Shown: in pieces, positions 1-9,434 of the stretch | Layout: every line of letters begins with the position of its first letter | Position numbering within the stretch: position 1 is the stretch's first letter | NCBI GenBank assembly: GCA_963735805.1 | Contig: CAVTMK010000002.1 | Coordinates: forward strand, 352,001 to 416,000 | Length of the DNA: 64,000 nt | Source of the DNA: an uncultured Verrucomicrobiae bacterium | GTDB lineage: Bacteria; Verrucomicrobiota; Verrucomicrobiia; Chthoniobacterales; UBA10450 | Direction: 5' to 3' | Position numbers and translations under genes: made by a program | Notes under the pieces: model-generated | Seen by the model: the letters and a program-made list of their open reading frames with translations, nothing else | What the model was told of the DNA's origin: nothing | The model's database searches: none

Positions 1-386
1 AATGCCTGACGCACAGATGGATAATTTTTTGTGAGTGATTCGATGCGGGTGCGAACGCCTTGCCAGACTCCTGGCGCGTTGCGCATCAGTTCCTGGGTTT
101 GTTTGGCCAGTGGCGGAATGGCAAAGACGATGATGGTGGTCGTAACGGTTAGCAGCGCAAGCACGAGCAGGATCACGCTGACAAAACGGGGAATGCGATG
201 TTTTTCCAACCACACCACGATCGGGTTCAGAACCATCGCGAGAAGGAAAATCAGCGCGAATAGCAATATCACCGGTTCGAGCGAACGCACGATCAACCAG
301 AAGACGATCAAGAGAAAAGCCAGCCAGACGACGCGCGATGCGCCGTGATAAGTCAGCGGCGCGTGCTGATCTTCGGATTCTTTCAT
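1..386 (-). CDS. AI-2E family (PerM-like) transporter, 5' part; runs off the window start
   Basis: Manual translation from ATG at 386: MKESEDQHAPLTYHGASRVVWLAFLLIVFWLIVRSLEPVILLFALIFLLAMVLNPIVVWLEKHRIPRFVSVILLVLALL...IPPLAKQTQELMRNAP. The LAxxLNPxVxWLE and P-L-x-x-Q motifs match the AI-2E N-terminus. Confidence 0.8.
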   Translation of the reverse strand, partial: MKESEDQHAPLTYHGASRVVWLAFLLIVFWLIVRSLEPVILLFALIFLLAMVLNPIVVWLEKHRIPRFVSVILLVLALLTVTTTIIVFAIPPLAKQTQELMRNAPGVWQGVRTRIESLTKNYPSVRQA

Positions 387-446
387 GCGATGCGAATGCG
401 ATCTTGGCGCTAGCGAGTCGCAATGACAAGAAAGAGTGATCGGAGT

Positions 447-586
447 GGTGGAACGTCCGGCAGCTGCCGGACGGCTTGCCGCCTAATAATTATTTGCGCC
501 TTTGGCGATCGGGTTTTCCCATCGGTCCGAGCTCTCCACTGCGAGTCTTCGACCGGACTGGCGTTTTCAGGAGAATCCGATCCACC
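447..586 (-). repeat. REPIN/MITE-like element, copy 1 (GGTGGA...TCCACC termini, conserved internal hairpin)
   Basis: 472-586 is the reverse complement of the block at 30071-30186, 32978-33093 and 25535-25645. Confidence 0.8.
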
Positions 587-697
587 TTGGCTCACCCAGC
601 ACGACGGCAACTATATCTGCGGAGGCTGTACTCACGGCAGAAAGTTACCGGCCGTGGCCGGTGGTCGCCGCATTTGGAATTTATTGCATCCTGGAAG

Positions 698-740
698 CGC
701 CTCGACACCCACCACCGCGGGCAAGCTATGAGGCGGCTAC
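698..740 (-). repeat. GTAG-type REP with 18-bp insert in its loop
   Basis: cgcctcgaca[insert]gaggcggctac; the uninterrupted 25-bp form is at 40061-40085 and 35511-35535. Confidence 0.65.
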
Positions 741-779
741 TACTTTTCGGCGCGCGCGACCTGGTCACATCCCACCAAA

Positions 780-2090
780 TTACGGCAGTGTAGGACGCGG
801 GTGCGGAGTCGGACGGGGCCTGGGTGTCGCCCTGGGCGTAGCACTAGGTGTAGAAGTGGGTGTTGGAGAGGGAGTAGCTGTTGCCGTTGGTGTCGGACTG
901 GGTGTAGGCGTAGATGTAGGTGACGGTGTAGGGGTAGGCGTACCTGTAGTCGGGACCATCGCATAGGCGTGGGTCTCACCTTCGTGAACGCCTGTGCCAA
1001 CGATTATGTTATTCTCACTGATGGCGATGGCCGATGACGACGTGTTCATCGACAAGTCCCAGCCCGAGTTGGCGGGAATGAGATCCTGCAGGCGAAATGT
1101 GTTGGTTCCGTCATACAGGAAAGGAACGGCAAAGGCCCCGCCATCAGTGCCCACCGCCCAACCGGCTGAGTTCACACCCTGAGCTTCTCCTTCACTGGTA
1201 TCGGGCGCGAGCGGAATCGCAACCATTCCGTTGGCTTCCGACCAGATGAACGGCAATCCCGATCCTTGATTTTGCATGCTCGAGCCGACGACGTAGCCGC
1301 TGTTGCTCACACCGAAGTTGAGCGCTCCGTTGGCGCCTGGCAATGCGCCTACTTCAAAGGCCATGCTTTGCCCGATGTCATAAACAATCCCCACGTTGCG
1401 CGCGGCGTTTTGCGGATCGATACCCTGGCCAACGACCCGGCCCGAGTCGTTGACCCCGAACGCTGTGAGAAAGAAACTTCCGTTCGTTGTTGTTTGCGTA
1501 ATGATCGTCGCGATGCCGCCGCTATAGATCACGCCGCGTTGGTCGCTACCGGCATTGACAGAGCCGACCGCGACGTTTGAAGCGTTCACGGAGTTTGCGT
1601 CACCAAGTGTCTGGCCGGTTGGCAAAGGAAGCTGCGAAGCTACACCGTTCTGCCAGATCACCGGAAGCCGACCCGACCCGAATACCGTAGTTGCCCCGGT
1701 CCCAACAACGACGCCATTGTCATTCGCGCTGTTGGAAACGCAGAAATTGCGGCCGGTCAGGTCTGGCAGACCAACGATGCCTCCGTTTTGGGTCCAGCTG
1801 AACGCATGGCTTCCATCGTTGCGCACTGAACGGCCAACTGCAATTCCGGCGGGAGACACTCCAAAACCCTGCGAAAAGCTATCACCCATGTCGACAACGC
1901 CAATGTCAAAAATCTGATACTGAGGCGGAGCACCTGTTGGCGCATGCCGGGCGCTGACCCCGGTTTTTCTCATTAACGTGGTGCTATTGCCAGCTGTTAC
2001 GGTTGTGGCCCAGAATGCAATTGCCAGGGTGCCTAAAACGGCTGCGGCAATCGCGCCAAACGTGAACTTTGATGCAGTTGTGATTTTCAT
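780..2090 (-). CDS. Secreted HAF-repeat-like beta-propeller protein with PT linker and Pro/Arg C-terminal tail
   Basis: Signal peptide; repeats such as SHAFSWT, AFGVNDSGRVVG, AQGVNSAGWAVG, THAYAMVP; ends [19 protein letters not shown]. Confidence 0.75.
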   Translation of the reverse strand: MKITTASKFTFGAIAAAVLGTLAIAFWATTVTAGNSTTLMRKTGVSARHAPTGAPPQYQIFDIGVVDMGDSFSQGFGVSPAGIAVGRSVRNDGSHAFSWTQNGGIVGLPDLTGRNFCVSNSANDNGVVVGTGATTVFGSGRLPVIWQNGVASQLPLPTGQTLGDANSVNASNVAVGSVNAGSDQRGVIYSGGIATIITQTTTNGSFFLTAFGVNDSGRVVGQGIDPQNAARNVGIVYDIGQSMAFEVGALPGANGALNFGVSNSGYVVGSSMQNQGSGLPFIWSEANGMVAIPLAPDTSEGEAQGVNSAGWAVGTDGGAFAVPFLYDGTNTFRLQDLIPANSGWDLSMNTSSSAIAISENNIIVGTGVHEGETHAYAMVPTTGTPTPTPSPTSTPTPSPTPTATATPSPTPTSTPSATPRATPRPRPTPHPRPTLP

Positions 2091-2180
2091 TTTAGCCTTG
2101 GGTTGTTTGCAACATTTTGAAGTCGCAAGGTTTCATAATCGGTTCGTCCACTATTTCAACTTTTTAAGTCTCGTACTCTT

Positions 2181-3686
2181 TTATGAGTGCGGCGTCGGAC
2201 GAGGATGTGGAGCTGGACGAGATCTTGGTGTAGGTATGGGTCTTGGTGAAGGTGTCGGCGTTGGAGTAGGTGTAGCGCTCGGCGTTGGAGACGGTGTGGG
2301 AGTCACCCCGGACTGCACCTCGAAAGAGCCGATGTCGAGGCGGCCACTCACTACGCGATCAAATCCCGGTCCGCGTTGATCGAATTGAGGGGGCGGAGTA
2401 AAGCCAGGCTCGCCGGCGTCAATTGCCGGGCTGCCTTTTAACAGCTTGTGGGTGAAGGTAGGACCGCCATTGTCCTGCAATGGACCGAGCAGCGGGTCGG
2501 TATTGATCTGGTCACCAGGACCTGTTAGAAGACCGCCGGCATCGTCACTGCTAAGGTTGTAGCCTTCCGATGTGACCGTTCCCCGGTCGTTGAAAATAGT
2601 TCCTCCCGGGGTTCCGGCCTTGAGAATTGTGTTTGCTAAATCAGTCGTCGCATCGGTTCCGAGTACACCAAAATTATGGATGCTACCGCCCGACAACTGA
2701 GCCGAGTTGTCGGCGAGTGTGCTGTTCTCGATTTGTAGAGTTGCATCGCCGAAGGCGCCAGAATTGTACACACCGCCGCCGTCATTGGTGGCCGAATTTC
2801 CGCTCAGCGTGCTGTTGACGATTTGTACATGTGCGACTCCCAGTGCCATCCCGTCGTTGTAGATCCCGCCACCGTTTGCTTGAGAGGAATTGTCGCTGAG
2901 TGTGCAATTATCAACCTCCACTATGGCGTCGCCTTTTTTACCGTTAAAGGTATTGCCCAAGTTGTAGATGCCGCCACCGCCATTACCGTCCGCTGAGTTA
3001 AGGCTAACTGTCGAATTGTTCAGTGTAAGGTGGGCATGATCATTGTAGATACCGCCGCCGTCGGCGATCACCGAGTTGTTACTAACAACGGTGGTCGTGA
3101 CCTCCAGCGTTGCCGTGCCGGTATTCCCGTCACTAAAAATGGCGCCGCCACTGAACGCGGAATTCTTAATAAACGTGCTGTCATTGATCACTACACTTGC
3201 GCTTCCGAAGGAACCGTCACTAAAGATCCCGCCGCCCCTGTTGTCTGAGGCATTCGCACTGACTATACAGGTGCTGAGCGTCAGCGTCGCATGGTCGTTG
3301 TAGACACCGCCACCGACGTCGTCAGGAAAAATGCAACAGGCATTGCCGTTCGTAATCGTCAGACCAGAAATTATGACCGTTATGCCGGAACTGATGTGAA
3401 ACACTCGGCTGTTAGCATTGCCGTCTACAGACAGGTTATCTGCCCCGGGTCCTGAAATGGTGATGCTCTTGTTAACGAGCAACTCGCCACTGTTTAAGCG
3501 GATGGTGCCAGTTACTGAGAAGTCGATCGTGTCGCCATCATTTGCATCAGCGAGTGCCTGGCGGAGCGAACCTGGACCGTTGTCGTTGGTATTAGTGACA
3601 GTGATCGTGTCAGCGTGCAGACCAACGGCCAATGCGAAGAATAGCATCGCGACAATCGTGGATTTGATATTCGACGTGATCCCCAT
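2181..3686 (-). CDS. Secreted right-handed beta-helix protein with choice-of-anchor Q domain and Pro/Arg tail
   Basis: VTNTNDNGPGSLRQA start, GGGIYN / NSTLSGNSA repeats, DPLLGPLQDNGGPTFTH...SPAIDAG...DQRG...DIGSFEVQ; tail RSRPAPHPRPTPHS. Confidence 0.85.
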   Translation of the reverse strand: MGITSNIKSTIVAMLFFALAVGLHADTITVTNTNDNGPGSLRQALADANDGDTIDFSVTGTIRLNSGELLVNKSITISGPGADNLSVDGNANSRVFHISSGITVIISGLTITNGNACCIFPDDVGGGVYNDHATLTLSTCIVSANASDNRGGGIFSDGSFGSASVVINDSTFIKNSAFSGGAIFSDGNTGTATLEVTTTVVSNNSVIADGGGIYNDHAHLTLNNSTVSLNSADGNGGGGIYNLGNTFNGKKGDAIVEVDNCTLSDNSSQANGGGIYNDGMALGVAHVQIVNSTLSGNSATNDGGGVYNSGAFGDATLQIENSTLADNSAQLSGGSIHNFGVLGTDATTDLANTILKAGTPGGTIFNDRGTVTSEGYNLSSDDAGGLLTGPGDQINTDPLLGPLQDNGGPTFTHKLLKGSPAIDAGEPGFTPPPQFDQRGPGFDRVVSGRLDIGSFEVQSGVTPTPSPTPSATPTPTPTPSPRPIPTPRSRPAPHPRPTPHS

Positions 3687-3749
3687 TTTGTTCAGTGTTT
3701 ATCTCGGAAGTTTACTGATGCTCGTCACTAATCACTCGTCACAGTTCTT

Positions 3750-5294
3750 CTACGGGGTTGTCGGGCGAGGGTGCGGACTCGGTCGAGTTCTGGGGACGGG
3801 TTTACCCCTGGGCGTCGGAATAGGACGCGGAGTGGAGGTTGGAGTGACGCTAGCTGTTGCCGTAGCCGTGGGAGAAGGCGTGGCGATCGGCGTTGATGAC
3901 GGTGTAGGTGTAGGCGTGACCACAGGTGTAGGTGAAGGCGTTGGAGAAGGCGTGGCGATCGGCGTAGATGTAGGTGTAGGCGTGGGTGAAGGTCCCTGGG
4001 CACTCGTGATTCGATATAGCACGCTCTGGTTGGCATTGTAATCCACCAGATAGAGTTCCCCTGTTTCGTCTTCGCCAAAGGTGCTGATAGCAAACCCAGC
4101 AACGAGCAGTTCCTGGCTTTCCCAGGTGCCATTGACCTGTTGAACAGCGCCCCAGATGCGGCCGGTGCAGAAATCGGCGTAGAAGTAGATGCCTTCGAGG
4201 TCCGGATAGCTTTGCCCGTGGTAACGGTAGCCGCCGGTTATCGAACAACCGAGACTGTGGTTGTATTCGAGGATCGGAAGAGTCGAGCCACCATTCAGGA
4301 AATCATCACAGCTTCCCGGTGGATCATCGTTGTAGCAGTGCGTTGCTTCGAGCACGCTCCAGCCGTAGTTTTCTCCTCCGCTACTCGCCGCCGGTTGGAA
4401 GTTAACCTCTTCCCAGGTGTCCTGACCGACGTCGGCGATAAAAAAATCGCCTGTGACTCGGTCGAAGGAACAGCGCCATGGGTTGCGAAGGCCGTAGGCC
4501 CAGATCTCATCCAACCCGGGACCGCTGACAAACGGATTATCAGGCGGCACGGCGTAGTTGCGATTCGGATCGCCCGGAAAATCATCGCCGTCAATGTCCA
4601 CGCGCAGGACCTTGCCCAGCCAGGTTTCGAGATCCTGTGCGGTTCGGAACGGATCTCCACAACATCCGCCGTCGCCTATGGAAATATAAAGGTACCCATC
4701 AGGACCGAATGCGAGTTGTCCGCCGTTGTGGTCGCCACCTGGCTGACTTTGAGTCAGGACTATTTGCGCAGAATCTGGATCAGCCACGTTCGGGTCGGCA
4801 GCGGAAACGTGGTAGCGGGCAACGACTGTGGTACCGTCGTTGACGCTGGTGTAATCGACGTAGAAGAATCCATTTGAGGCGTAATCGGGATGGAAAGCCA
4901 GGCCGAGCAACCCGTGTTCGGCGGTCTGGCCTACCAAGTCAGAAATATCCAGGAAAGGGGTAGGAAGCACCGAGCCGTTGATCAAGATGAGGATTTGTCC
5001 TGTCTCCTGCACGATAAATATCCGGCCACTACCGTCGCCGGCATTGGTGACGGTAGTCGGCTCCGTAAGACCGGAGACAACCTGCTCCAACTGAATCGTG
5101 GGCAAAGGGCCGCGCCTTTGCGTTAAACTGTTACGTCGTCCCAGCGCCCCGCTCGCGAAAGTTTTTGGCGTGAAATCGCTAAAGGAGCTAGCGGTGACTA
5201 GGAGCGCCAAAAAAAGGCCGGTCAGAAAAGTGAAGAGAACGATCAAAGACCGGACGCTGAAAAATCCGCATGCCGATCTGACTTTCTTTTTCAT
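3750..5294 (-). CDS. PQQ-dependent sugar (glucose/sorbosone) dehydrogenase family protein, secreted, with Pro/Arg tail
   Basis: [62 protein letters not shown] motifs. Confidence 0.9.
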   Translation of the reverse strand: MKKKVRSACGFFSVRSLIVLFTFLTGLFLALLVTASSFSDFTPKTFASGALGRRNSLTQRRGPLPTIQLEQVVSGLTEPTTVTNAGDGSGRIFIVQETGQILILINGSVLPTPFLDISDLVGQTAEHGLLGLAFHPDYASNGFFYVDYTSVNDGTTVVARYHVSAADPNVADPDSAQIVLTQSQPGGDHNGGQLAFGPDGYLYISIGDGGCCGDPFRTAQDLETWLGKVLRVDIDGDDFPGDPNRNYAVPPDNPFVSGPGLDEIWAYGLRNPWRCSFDRVTGDFFIADVGQDTWEEVNFQPAASSGGENYGWSVLEATHCYNDDPPGSCDDFLNGGSTLPILEYNHSLGCSITGGYRYHGQSYPDLEGIYFYADFCTGRIWGAVQQVNGTWESQELLVAGFAISTFGEDETGELYLVDYNANQSVLYRITSAQGPSPTPTPTSTPIATPSPTPSPTPVVTPTPTPSSTPIATPSPTATATASVTPTSTPRPIPTPRGKPVPRTRPSPHPRPTTP

Positions 5295-5474
5295 AGGTAG
5301 CCTTCTTGTTGATGGGTTTTTACTCTATTTGCCTGGGCATTTCTCTTGTAGCAGAAGCAAACGAAGATAACGAAGGTTTTCTTGCGAGCAGCGACAGAGC
5401 AGAATCTTTGTTTGCTTTGCCTGCTCGCGAAGCCGGGTAAAGCTATGGTTTGTTCGGGATGTCGGTGAACAGAA

Positions 5475-6869
5475 TCACGGATCGCCCGCCTTCGGTTGCC
5501 GCGGCGACATACGGTGGCGAGCCGGGGAATTAGAGTTACCGCGGTGTAGGACGCGGGTGCGGAGTCGGACGCGGTCTCGGTGTTGCTCTTGGTGTAGCGG
5601 TAGGTGTTGGAGTGACGCTCGGAGTCGAAGTAGGGTTAGGGGTAGGGTAGGTGTTGGCGTTACTGTAGGTGTCGGAGTCGGTGTAGGTCCATTGTACAGT
5701 TCCGTGCTTGTGTTGATGGTCGGAAAATCTGATCCTCCTGCAGCGAGGACCATTCCATTGGAAAGGAAGCTCGCCGTATGTCGCGCCCTTGGGGTGTTAA
5801 GGCTACCTGTGAATGTCCATGTTCCGCTGGTCGGATCGTAAAGTTCCGCACTCGATAAGATAAAGCCGGTCGTATCAAATCCTGCCGCGGCAACGGTCTT
5901 GCCATTGGCTAACAGGGTTGCGGTATGCCCGGCGCGGCCTGTGTTGAGGTTGCCGGTGGCCGTCCACGTTCCCGTCGTTGAGTCGTACAGTTCCGCCGTC
6001 TGAGACGCGTTGCCGCCGTCTTCAAATCCACCTGCGACAAGTACCGTCCCATTGGTTAACAAGGTTGCGGTATGAGCGTAACGCGCGGTATTCAGATCGC
6101 CTGTGTCCGTCCATGTGCCGCTGGCCGGGTCGTAAAGTTCCGCGGTGTCGGACGCACTTTGACTGGTATCAGCTCCGCCCGCGACCAGGACCATTCCATT
6201 AGGAAGCAAAGTCGCCGTGTGCAGATTGCGTGCTGTATTGAGATCGCCTGTTTCCGTCCATGTTCCACTGACCGGGTCGTAAAGTTCCGCGGTCACGGAA
6301 GCAGTGAACGTGATATCCGTTCCCGCGGCAACGAGCACTTCCCCGCTGGGTAGTAAAGTTGCTGTGTGTTCGGTGCGTTCGTGGTTGAGGGTGCCCGTAG
6401 CTGTCCAGGTGCCGGTGCCTGGGTCGTATAACTCAGCCGTCACTGTAGCATTGCCGGTGCTGTCACTACCTCCGGCGACGAGCACCTTCCCGTTGTCTAA
6501 CAAAGTTGCTGTCTGCTCGTAACGCGCGGTGATGAGATTACCTGTGGCTGTCCAAGTGCCGGTAGTCGGATCGTAGAGTTCGGCGCTTCCTGTAGCGTGA
6601 AAATTGTTATCAAGTCCGCCTGCAACCAGCACCATTCCGTTAGGCAGCACAGTCGCCGTATGGAGAAAGCGTCCAGTGTTAAGGCTACCGGTCTCCGTCC
6701 ACGTTCCGCCTTCTACGTGCGACGGCGTCCCGGAAATTCTCTTGCTGACAACTCCATGACGCTGTCCAAGCGCTCGCGGCATCACCTGGATCAAGAGAAG
6801 GAGCACGACAACGAAAGACGCGACGCAGGGGAGAGTTGTGACGACAACCGTGGTTCTGTGCTTTTTCAT
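5475..6869 (-). CDS. Secreted Kelch-repeat beta-propeller; a 1-nt deletion in the linker near 5645-5647 puts the Pro/Arg tail (stop at 5536-5538) out of frame
   Basis: Seven repeats of R-x-x-HTATLL-x-NG-x-VLVAGG...AELYDP-x-x-GTW. The alternative frame reads [34 protein letters not shown]. Confidence 0.85.
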   Translation of the reverse strand: MKKHRTTVVVTTLPCVASFVVVLLLLIQVMPRALGQRHGVVSKRISGTPSHVEGGTWTETGSLNTGRFLHTATVLPNGMVLVAGGLDNNFHATGSAELYDPTTGTWTATGNLITARYEQTATLLDNGKVLVAGGSDSTGNATVTAELYDPGTGTWTATGTLNHERTEHTATLLPSGEVLVAAGTDITFTASVTAELYDPVSGTWTETGDLNTARNLHTATLLPNGMVLVAGGADTSQSASDTAELYDPASGTWTDTGDLNTARYAHTATLLTNGTVLVAGGFEDGGNASQTAELYDSTTGTWTATGNLNTGRAGHTATLLANGKTVAAAGFDTTGFILSSAELYDPTSGTWTFTGSLNTPRARHTASFLSNGMVLAAGGSDFPTINTSTELYNGPTPTPTPTVTPTPTLPLTLLRLRASLQHLPLHQEQHRDRVRLRTRVLHRGNSNSPARHRMSPRQPKAGDP

Positions 6870-6937
6870 TTTAAATTATCCTAGTTAATATTTCTTTAGT
6901 CTTTGGGAAGTAAGCTCATCGCAGCAGAGTGGCACGC

Positions 6938-9382
6938 TCAAGGCGGTGTTGGACGAGGGTGAGGACCGGGGCGCGACCTTGGTGTCGGTCTAACCCTTGG
7001 TGTAGCAGTAGGTGGCGGAGTAACCGTTGGTGTGCCGGTAGGACTCGGAGTAGGAGTGACCGTTGGTGTAGGTGTTACGCTTGGAGTTGGTGTTGGCGTT
7101 GGGCCGGATTGAGCGCAGTATCGCCCACCGGTGTCTGTAACAGTATCGAAGCTATCCAATGCTCCTCCCCAGACAATCATTTCACTCCCATTCCACACCG
7201 CGGTGTGACCTTGTCGGCCTGCCGGAGCGTTGGCAGTCGTTGTGGGTGTCCAGCTATCCGTGCCGGGATCATATTTTCCGCCAGTGTCGAAGGTTTCCGA
7301 GTTACCAAATCCTCCCCAGGCGATCATTTCAATACCCGTCCAGATTGCCGTGTGAGAGTATCGTCTGTCGGGGGCGTTAGTGGTGCTCGTCGCTGTCCAA
7401 CTATCCAAGCTGGGATTGTATATCCCACCGCTGTCAAACGCGCCACCAAAGCCATTCCCGCCACCCCAGACGATCATTTCATCGTCGGTCCAGACTGCCG
7501 TGTGGAGCTCTCGCGCTTCAGGCGCGTTGGTCGTGCTGGTCGGCGTCCAACTGTCCATACCTGGGTTGTACCTCCCGCCTGTGTTCAAACATACGAAGCC
7601 ATTGTTTAGACCAGCCCAGACAATCATTTCACTGCCAGTCCAGACTGCCGTGTGGAGCTCTCGGCCTTCAGGCGCGTTGGTCGTGTTAGTGGGCGTCCAA
7701 CTGTCCATAACCGGGTCGTATCTCCCGCCCGAGTTGAGAAAAAAGGGACCGGAATTTTCTCCACCCCATATAATCATTTCGCCGCCGTTCCAGACCGCCG
7801 TGTGAGAATCTCGGGGCTCAGGCGCGTTAGTAGTGCTTGTGGCCGTCCAGCTATCCGTGTTTGCGTTGTATCTGCCGCCGGTGTCAAAAAAATTGAGGCT
7901 TCCATCTCCTCCACCCCACACGATCATTTCAGTGCCGGTCCAGATACTGGTGTGGCGGGATCGGGCACTGGGCGCGTTGGTTGCACTGGTAGCCCTCCAA
8001 CTGTCTGTGCTGAGATCGTATATTCCTCCGGTGTCGAAGTAATTCATGCCATCCGATCCGCCCCAAATGATCATCTCGCTACCAGTCCACACTGCGGTGT
8101 GACTAACACGTTTCGACGGCGCATTGTTAGTACCGGTGTTCGTCCAAGTATCCGTTACAGGGTCATATCTTCCACCGGTATTCAGATCCAGGGCGCTACG
8201 TTTCCCTCCCCATACAACCATTTCACTACCAGTCCAGACTGCGGTATGCAATTGCCTGGGCTCAGGCGAATTGGTGGTGCTGGTCGCTGTCCAACTATTC
8301 GTTCCGGGATCATACCTACCGCCATTGTTTAAATCGCCGCTGCCTCCAAATCCGCCCCATACAATCATTTCACTGCCACTCCACACTGAGGTGTGACTAA
8401 TTCGCGGATCCGGCGCGTTTACCACGCTTGTGGCAACCCAACTGTCCGTCTTGGGGTTGTATTTTCCGCCGGTGTTTGAAAGGTTGTTTACGTCCTGTCC
8501 GCCCCAGACGATCATCTCGGTCTGGGTCCATACGGCCGTGTGAGAGTATCGTCCAACAGGAGCGTCTGTGATGTCGGTAGCTGTCCACGTGTCCGTGTCG
8601 GGCGTATACTTGCCTCCTGTGTTGAAAACACCCCCGATTCCTTCGCCTCCCCATACAATCATTTCTGTCCCGGTCCAGACCGCCGTGTGCTGATACCGAC
8701 CACTAGGTGCAGTTGTGGTATTAGTAACTGTCCAACTGTCCGTATTCGGGTCATATCTGCCACCAGTGTTAAGAAAATTGCTACCATCATAGCCACCCCA
8801 TACGATCATCTCATTGCCGCTCCAAATTGTCGTGTGCAACTCTCGGCCGCTGGGCGCGTCAACCGTGCTAGTGGCTGTCCAGTTATTCGTATCTGGATTA
8901 TATCTGCCACCGCTGTTGAGCCGATTGAAATTTTCATTTGTACCGCCCCAGACGATCATTTCGCTGCCTGTCCATACCGCGGTGTGATTAGCTCGGGCTA
9001 TAGGTGAATTCGCGCTGCTGATCGGCAGCCAGGTATCGGTGCTGGGATTGTATCTGCCGCCCGTGTTCAAAAAGATAAACGGACCATAGCGTCCACCCCA
9101 AATGATCATTTCTGTGCCAGTCCACACAGCTGTCTGCGAATCCCGGTCAAACGGTGGACCGGCGGTTGCGGTCCAGGTATCATCAAGACATCCGCCGTCT
9201 GATATTTTCGGAAGCGTATAGCTGCCACACGGCGTTGACACCACAGGAGGCGCATGGCTTTCCGCTTTGACGGTCCACAACGTTAACGGCTCCTTAGGCC
9301 ATGAAACTGTAGCTAGCTTTAGGCGGTCATTGCCTTTCTCGATTACTGCCGTCGCATAGTAACGGCTCTCGTCTTCCTGCAA
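6938..9382 (-). CDS. Kelch-like repeat protein, C-terminal part of a frameshifted gene (continuation of 9435-10394), with Pro/Arg tail
   Basis: About 14 repeats of HTAVWTGSEMIVWGG...NTGGRYNP-x-TDSW. The frame is open upstream to 9559 with no signal peptide of its own. Confidence 0.8.
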   Translation of the reverse strand: MQEDESRYYATAVIEKGNDRLKLATVSWPKEPLTLWTVKAESHAPPVVSTPCGSYTLPKISDGGCLDDTWTATAGPPFDRDSQTAVWTGTEMIIWGGRYGPFIFLNTGGRYNPSTDTWLPISSANSPIARANHTAVWTGSEMIVWGGTNENFNRLNSGGRYNPDTNNWTATSTVDAPSGRELHTTIWSGNEMIVWGGYDGSNFLNTGGRYDPNTDSWTVTNTTTAPSGRYQHTAVWTGTEMIVWGGEGIGGVFNTGGKYTPDTDTWTATDITDAPVGRYSHTAVWTQTEMIVWGGQDVNNLSNTGGKYNPKTDSWVATSVVNAPDPRISHTSVWSGSEMIVWGGFGGSGDLNNGGRYDPGTNSWTATSTTNSPEPRQLHTAVWTGSEMVVWGGKRSALDLNTGGRYDPVTDTWTNTGTNNAPSKRVSHTAVWTGSEMIIWGGSDGMNYFDTGGIYDLSTDSWRATSATNAPSARSRHTSIWTGTEMIVWGGGDGSLNFFDTGGRYNANTDSWTATSTTNAPEPRDSHTAVWNGGEMIIWGGENSGPFFLNSGGRYDPVMDSWTPTNTTNAPEGRELHTAVWTGSEMIVWAGLNNGFVCLNTGGRYNPGMDSWTPTSTTNAPEARELHTAVWTDDEMIVWGGGNGFGGAFDSGGIYNPSLDSWTATSTTNAPDRRYSHTAIWTGIEMIAWGGFGNSETFDTGGKYDPGTDSWTPTTTANAPAGRQGHTAVWNGSEMIVWGGALDSFDTVTDTGGRYCAQSGPTPTPTPSVTPTPTVTPTPSPTGTPTVTPPPTATPRVRPTPRSRPGPHPRPTPP

Positions 9383-9434
9383 TGAGCTTAGTGTTCCTAT
9401 GGGTATGGCGTCGGAAGGTTCGGCGACAGCGTTG

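Noticed and set aside
31..348. 105-aa + strand ORF
   Set aside because: Antisense shadow of the AI-2E transporter gene on the - strand.
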